DNA of 32,000 nt from Candidatus Hadarchaeota archaeon (GTDB lineage Archaea; Hadarchaeota; Hadarchaeia; Hadarchaeales; Hadarchaeaceae): assembly GCA_964514965.1 (NCBI GenBank), contig CAZETV010000001.1, positions 1-32,000 of the forward strand, given 5' to 3'. Every line of letters starts with the position of its first letter. Positions within the stretch are counted from its first letter, which is position 1. This document shows positions 27,869 to 32,000 of this stretch, piece after piece. Both the position numbers and the translations under genes were made by a program. The notes beneath the pieces are model-generated. The model saw nothing but the letters and a program-made list of their open reading frames with translations. It had not been told where the DNA came from and did not search any database.

Positions 27869-27902
27869 ACCCAGTTAGTGTTGGGCGCAGACCTATGCAT
27901 GG
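27869..27902 (+). other. 3' half of the 23S rRNA processing stem
   Basis: ACCCAGTTAG..TGGGCGC.A.GACCTATGCATGG is complementary to 24775-24809. Confidence 0.7.
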
Positions 27903-27905
27903 TAC

Positions 27906-27912
27906 TTTTTTT
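27906..27912 (+). terminator. T7 tract immediately after the 23S processing stem
   Basis: GGTAC-TTTTTTT read directly. Confidence 0.5.
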
Positions 27913-27983
27913 ATGGAAATTAAAATTCAAAAAGTTTCAATTTACACTACAAAAGTAAATAAAGGCCTGCTGGAACTAGAAAT

Positions 27984-28160
27984 TTATGGAAAGCTTATTG
28001 CGCTGTTAGGACAGGCAGCCTCGCATGCTCGGCACTCGATGCAGTCGTCTGGGCGTGCGATCACAGCTTTCCCATCAACTATCTCAATAACATTCACCGG
28101 GCAGACCTCGACGCAGGCAGCCACGCCCTTGCATGTTTTAGTGTCGACAGTTGGTGGCAA
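27984..28160 (-). CDS. small (58 aa) ferredoxin with a 7-Cys pattern suggesting [3Fe-4S][4Fe-4S]; absent from the ORF track
   Basis: My own translation of the minus strand gives (TTG)MPPTVDTKTCKGVAACVEVCPVNVIEIVDGKAVIARPDDCIECRACEAACPNSAISFP*. The motifs are CxxVxxCxxxCP and CxxCxxCxxxCP. GAGGT lies 6 nt upstream of the TTG. The start is 2 nt after the rps17e stop. Confidence 0.65.
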   Translation of the reverse strand: MPPTVDTKTCKGVAACVEVCPVNVIEIVDGKAVIARPDDCIECRACEAACPNSAISFP

Positions 28161-28162
28161 GT

Positions 28163-28357
28163 TTATACCTCTTCTTTCTGTTTTAGTAAGTTACCTATAT
28201 ATCCTGCTATTCGGTTGCGGAGGGACTTGCTCTTTAGGTTCGCGAGTTCGTCAAGCGCAATACAATTTTGCCTGAAATCGGTCGAGAATTTGTCGGAGTA
28301 ACGCTTGATTAATTCTCTTGCAGCGCGCTTGATATACGTTGATCTCACTCGTCCCAT
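28163..28357 (-). CDS. rps17e: 30S ribosomal protein S17e
   Basis: MGRVRSTYIKRAARELIKRYSDKFSTDF..NC......A...SK.LRNRIAGYI matches S17e. Confidence 0.9.
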   Translation of the reverse strand: MGRVRSTYIKRAARELIKRYSDKFSTDFRQNCIALDELANLKSKSLRNRIAGYIGNLLKQKEEV

Positions 28358-28411
28358 GTTATTCCCCTGCTCGCTTGGCTTTGTCGGCCTGTCTAAAAAA
28401 GCTTTCTCGAG

Positions 28412-29740
28412 CTAGTTGACGCCCCTTGCTACGCGCAGCGCGAGCTTCGCCACCTCAATAGGAGAACTCCCCAGTAGCCTTATCATTGCTTCCTTCCCGG
28501 CGGCGCCTCGGTCAAAAATTACTTGGGGTACTTTTTCAATTTTTTTGATTGCTTGCTCAGTTCCCCATACCATTGTCTTGGCGTCGCGAGGTTCTCTCTT
28601 TCGACCGAATTCGCTCACGCTTAGTCTGAGTTTTTTACATGCGCGTAAGATTTCTTCGGAAAACCGAACGTTCAGACCAGCTCTAATCCTACGATCGTGA
28701 CGCATCGCGGTGAGTACAAAGTTCGCGACGTGTTCAGAGCCACCGAGTTTGGGGAAACCAGTCAGACGCGCATGGTCACCGACCTTCACGATTCTACCCT
28801 CGAGCCCGACTACATCCGAGGTTTTCTCAGCGCCGGGCAGGGCCATCACGATGTTCGAGCCAACCTCTGGCAGGAGCTTTACGAACTCGGGATCTTCTGC
28901 CAGGAGCTGGGTGGCTTGCCACACTTCTTCCAGCGCACGGCCCTTTTCCGCGCTCACTAATAACGCTGCCATTTGATTGACCAGCGTGACGCCTTTCCCG
29001 ACTTTCAATCTATTTTCAATTGCGCCCTTGATGAATTCTCTTGCGTCGGAGGTCGCTTCGTATAAATTGGCTCCTTTCGAAAGTTCCGCCGTTATTGCGG
29101 ATGCTAACGAGCAACCCGTGCCATGTATCAGCTGGCTAGTAACTCGTGAATCTTTGAACTCCCTAAATTTTCCATTGATGTAAAGCACATCAACGATTTC
29201 TCGCCCTTTCAGATGCCCTCCCTTGACGAGGACAGCTTTTGGACCTAGCTTGGAGGTTGCGTGAGCAGCTTTCCGCATGTCTGCTTTTGACCTAATTTTG
29301 AATCCAGCGAGCCTCTCGGCTTCGGGCACGTTTGGAGTGACGAGTTCCGCGCGCGCCAGTAACTTGATAAGCGCTTCGAGAGCATCCTCGCGCAGAAGCG
29401 GAGCATCGGTGGTAGAAACCATTACTGGATCGACGACGAGACGAAGTCTATATCGCTTCGCCCCAGCCTCCACGGCCCGAATGATATCCGCATTGCTCAG
29501 CATTCCCGTTTTCGCCCACTCGACCTCGAAGTCGCGCATGACGGTGTCGAGCTGCTGAGTTACGAAATCTGGGGGCAATTCGAAGGTAGCGTCGACGCCC
29601 AGCGTGTTTTGCGCTGTAATTGCGGTCACGACGCAGAGCCCATGGATACCCAAAGCTGCAAATGTTTTAAGGTCAGCTTGGGCCCCAGCCCCGCCACCCG
29701 AGTCCGAACCCGCAATGGTGAGGGCGCATGGCACTTTCAT
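28412..29740 (-). CDS. thiDN: bifunctional ThiD (HMP/HMP-P kinase) and ThiN (thiamine-phosphate synthase) protein, ThiDN
   Basis: N-terminal [42 protein letters not shown] (ThiD). About 170-aa C-terminal ThiN-type domain. Archaeal ThiDN length (442 aa). Confidence 0.9.
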   Translation of the reverse strand: MKVPCALTIAGSDSGGGAGAQADLKTFAALGIHGLCVVTAITAQNTLGVDATFELPPDFVTQQLDTVMRDFEVEWAKTGMLSNADIIRAVEAGAKRYRLRLVVDPVMVSTTDAPLLREDALEALIKLLARAELVTPNVPEAERLAGFKIRSKADMRKAAHATSKLGPKAVLVKGGHLKGREIVDVLYINGKFREFKDSRVTSQLIHGTGCSLASAITAELSKGANLYEATSDAREFIKGAIENRLKVGKGVTLVNQMAALLVSAEKGRALEEVWQATQLLAEDPEFVKLLPEVGSNIVMALPGAEKTSDVVGLEGRIVKVGDHARLTGFPKLGGSEHVANFVLTAMRHDRRIRAGLNVRFSEEILRACKKLRLSVSEFGRKREPRDAKTMVWGTEQAIKKIEKVPQVIFDRGAAGKEAMIRLLGSSPIEVAKLALRVARGVN

Positions 29741-31011
29741 GTTTTCACCCCCAGCAAGTAGGTTGGGCGAGCTTCGATTATTTTCACATTGGCAAATTCA
29801 CCGAGCTCGGCGTTGTTTATTATGGCGGGTTTGTAGTTTGGGAGTCTTGTCGTGTAGCCTCCTTTTTTCCCCGGTTCAGTTACTAGTCCCTCGAAGGTTT
29901 GCCCGATGTAGCGTTCGTTCTGCTCGTGGCCAATTGCACGACATTCGGCGCTCAGTAACCTCGACCTCCTAACCATCTCTCTCCCGTTTATTTGCGGCAT
30001 TCGTGCAGCATCGGTAGCGGGCATGGGTGAGAAGCGCGTGAGGTTCACCTTGTCCGGTCTCGCTTTCTTGATTAACTCGCATGTGTGCATGAACTCTCGT
30101 TCGTTCTCGCCGGGAAAACCAACGATAACATCGGTGGCGAGATAGAGGTCTCCGAAGCGCTCCCGAAAAGCGTCCACAATTTTGATAAAATCATCGACGG
30201 TGTACCCCCTGCGCATCGATTCTAGCACACCATCGTCTCCACTCTGAACGGGCAAATGCAAGAATTTGTAAATTTTTTCGTTATCGTAGGCATCAAGGAG
30301 TTCGGGTAAAATCGGTTTCACGTTTTGCGGGTTCATCATCCCGATGCGGATTTTAAACTTGCCCTCGAGCGATGTGATCGAATTGAGCAATTCGGGTAGG
30401 TTTGCTCCAACGTCTAAGCCGTAGGCAGCTGTGTCTTGGGCTGTGAGTAAGATTTCGCGGTAGCCAACATTAATTGCAGCCTCCACCTCACTGAGAATCG
30501 GTTGAGAATAGAAGCTGCGCAGTTTGCCCCGCGCGAATTTAACCGAACAGTAACTGCAATTCGAAGTGCAGCCTTCGCAGATTGCTACTATCGCGCTCAC
30601 CTTGCTCGAGCGAAGCTTGGGCATGGTCGGCTTTTCGCAGGGGGCTTGTTCGAGTGTTTTAATATTTTGTTTTTCGCACGCTATTCGTTCGAAGACTTCG
30701 GCCATCTCGCCAATGGACCTGCATGAAACTACGCCAGCAAAACCTCCAATCTTTTCAATCGAGGCCAAGTCAATGAGAGGTAGGCAGCCGGCCACAACTA
30801 CACGCTTTCCGTTCGAGTTCTGGAGTTCCCTCAAGCGGCGCAGCATTCTTCGATAAGTTGTCCCCTTCACGGCGCATGTGTTGACAATTATTGCGTCAGC
30901 TTTAGCTGGATTTTGGACCATTTCGTGCCCAGCGACAGCGAGTTGCCCCAAAATGAGTTCTGCGTCGCTCCGGTTCATCGTGCAACCGTAGGTTTCACAG
31001 TACACACGCAT
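29737..31011 (-). CDS. archaeal-type MiaB-family radical SAM methylthiotransferase (MtaB/CDKAL1-like, ms2t6A)
   Basis: UPF0004 N-domain ETYGCTMN...NTCAVK...AGC. Radical [17 protein letters not shown]-terminal TRAM domain. The stop overlaps the thiDN start by 4 nt. Confidence 0.88.
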   Translation of the reverse strand: MRVYCETYGCTMNRSDAELILGQLAVAGHEMVQNPAKADAIIVNTCAVKGTTYRRMLRRLRELQNSNGKRVVVAGCLPLIDLASIEKIGGFAGVVSCRSIGEMAEVFERIACEKQNIKTLEQAPCEKPTMPKLRSSKVSAIVAICEGCTSNCSYCSVKFARGKLRSFYSQPILSEVEAAINVGYREILLTAQDTAAYGLDVGANLPELLNSITSLEGKFKIRIGMMNPQNVKPILPELLDAYDNEKIYKFLHLPVQSGDDGVLESMRRGYTVDDFIKIVDAFRERFGDLYLATDVIVGFPGENEREFMHTCELIKKARPDKVNLTRFSPMPATDAARMPQINGREMVRRSRLLSAECRAIGHEQNERYIGQTFEGLVTEPGKKGGYTTRLPNYKPAIINNAELGEFANVKIIEARPTYLLGVKT

Positions 31012-31060
31012 AACATCAACTTTTATTTACACTTTCTTGCAATAAAATCAGAGGGTATTC

Positions 31061-31819
31061 ATGAAAAAAATCCAGCTGACGCTAGTGCAAATTGACAATT
31101 ACGGCCCGTGGACCGTTACGCCAGAGCCCCACGGAGAGGCAGAGTTGCAAACGTTACAGGCCGAGCTATTTGCGGAGCTTGAACGGCAGTTTGCTTCTCA
31201 TAAGGGTCTAGCGTTCCAGACGAGGCTCGATAACATGATAGCGATTACGAATGGAATTTCACTCGATGAACATCGCGCCATCCAAAAAGTTGTGAACGAA
31301 AAATTTCCGGTGACGGTGAGCATGAGCGTGGGTACAGCCCCCACGCCCTACGAGGCGCAGGTTCAGGCGACCATTGCCCTACAGCACGTTGGCAGCAGCA
31401 GGTCGGCAGAGCGAAGTGGAGCGCTTGTTGGCGTTTGTGTGGATTCACCCGATGAAGATTGGGTGCAACTTGCCCACATGGATGTAAACCATTCAGCGCT
31501 GTTCACAGACAGCAAGCCTATATACGATACTCACCTCTTTCTCCAAAGAACTTGCGTTTCGCTCATGTCGGCGCTGGTACATAGAAATGCATTAGTGTTT
31601 TACACAGGGGGTGATAATTTCATGGTTCCATCAAATGGCCTAAATTTAAGTGAGCTGACTTCTGTTTTCTCTGAGGTCAAGCGTGAGGTTGGAGTAGATC
31701 TCAAGGCAGGTGTAGGCGCTGCTCGAACAGCTGAACTAGCGGCGCGCTTGGCCAGCGAGGGGCTTCATGAGATCAGGAAGGGCGTGGTGAAGGAACAAAT
31801 CATTTACAAAACTGGATAA
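31061..31819 (+). CDS. gch3: GTP cyclohydrolase III (archaeal, FAPy-forming)
   Basis: N-terminus IQLTLVQIDNYGPWTVTPEPHGEAELQTLQAELFAEL closely resembles the MJ0145-type GCH III family. 252 aa. Confidence 0.9.
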   Translation: MKKIQLTLVQIDNYGPWTVTPEPHGEAELQTLQAELFAELERQFASHKGLAFQTRLDNMIAITNGISLDEHRAIQKVVNEKFPVTVSMSVGTAPTPYEAQVQATIALQHVGSSRSAERSGALVGVCVDSPDEDWVQLAHMDVNHSALFTDSKPIYDTHLFLQRTCVSLMSALVHRNALVFYTGGDNFMVPSNGLNLSELTSVFSEVKREVGVDLKAGVGAARTAELAARLASEGLHEIRKGVVKEQIIYKTG

Positions 31820-31918
31820 TTTTTTCCCACACAACCAGGCCTCATCACAAAAAGTGCGTAAATAACTGACTCAAGCTCTAATTTTCTCACATTGCCAGTC
31901 GAGAAAAGAAAGCGCCGC

Positions 31919-32000
31919 CTATAAGTTCTTCGCCACGATCTTTAAGTTTTTATACGCTTCCATGAACTCAAGTCCCTTTTTCGTGATTTTAAATTCTCCC
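31919..32000 (-). CDS. 3' end of a gene running off the window (possible winged-helix regulator C-terminus)
   Basis: The minus frame reads ...GEFKITKKGLEFMEAYKNLKIVAKNL*, with the stop at 31919-31921. Only 27 codons are visible. Confidence 0.3.
   Translation of the reverse strand, partial: GEFKITKKGLEFMEAYKNLKIVAKNL

Overview
This is a gene-dense archaeal chromosomal core region. Evidence: TFB, TBP, Gar1, ribosomal proteins S8e and S17e, archaeal-type 16S/23S rRNA, and an intron-containing tRNA with a bulge-helix-bulge splice motif. I cannot place it taxonomically beyond an uncultured-looking archaeon with roughly 50% GC, judged by eye.

I support about 35 protein genes, mostly information processing and cofactor or RNA-modification enzymes:
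- MinD-like ATPase, Trm1, RrmJ, DUF123
- gar1-tfb, DUF211, rps8e
- a smc-scpA-scpB operon
- uppS-MTAP, an MTH1187-like protein, a TrkA_N-DHH phosphoesterase, Trm5, an MFS transporter
- an EPSPS-like/ThiI-like pair, tbp, a gamma-CA-like protein, a PRC-barrel protein
- rps17e plus a small ferredoxin missed by the ORF track, thiDN, an MtaB-like radical SAM enzyme, GTP cyclohydrolase III

RNA genes are 16S rRNA, tRNA-Ala(UGC) with a 15-nt intron, and 23S rRNA. No 5S rRNA, CRISPR array or mobile element was seen.

Items most worth a second look:
1. A translationally coupled pair (16838-19263). One is a ThiI-like THUMP protein whose PP-loop and catalytic motifs are degenerate. The other is an EPSP-synthase-fold protein lacking several otherwise invariant substrate-binding or catalytic residues. 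This may be a repurposed, perhaps RNA-directed, two-protein module.
2. A 761-aa SMC with intact ATPase heads but no recognisable hinge and short arms, sitting in a canonical smc-scpA-scpB operon.
3. A broken-up rRNA operon. The 16S and 23S each have their own processing stem and oligo-T tract. An opposite-strand surface-protein gene, the tRNA-Ala and a stand-alone RAM-domain gene lie between them.
4. That surface-protein gene is frameshifted. Its real C-terminal membrane anchor lies in the -1 frame.
5. A non-coding element present twice, each copy built from a perfect 14-nt repeat at 18-nt spacing.

All family assignments come from motif and sequence recognition by eye. No database search or computed alignment was run.
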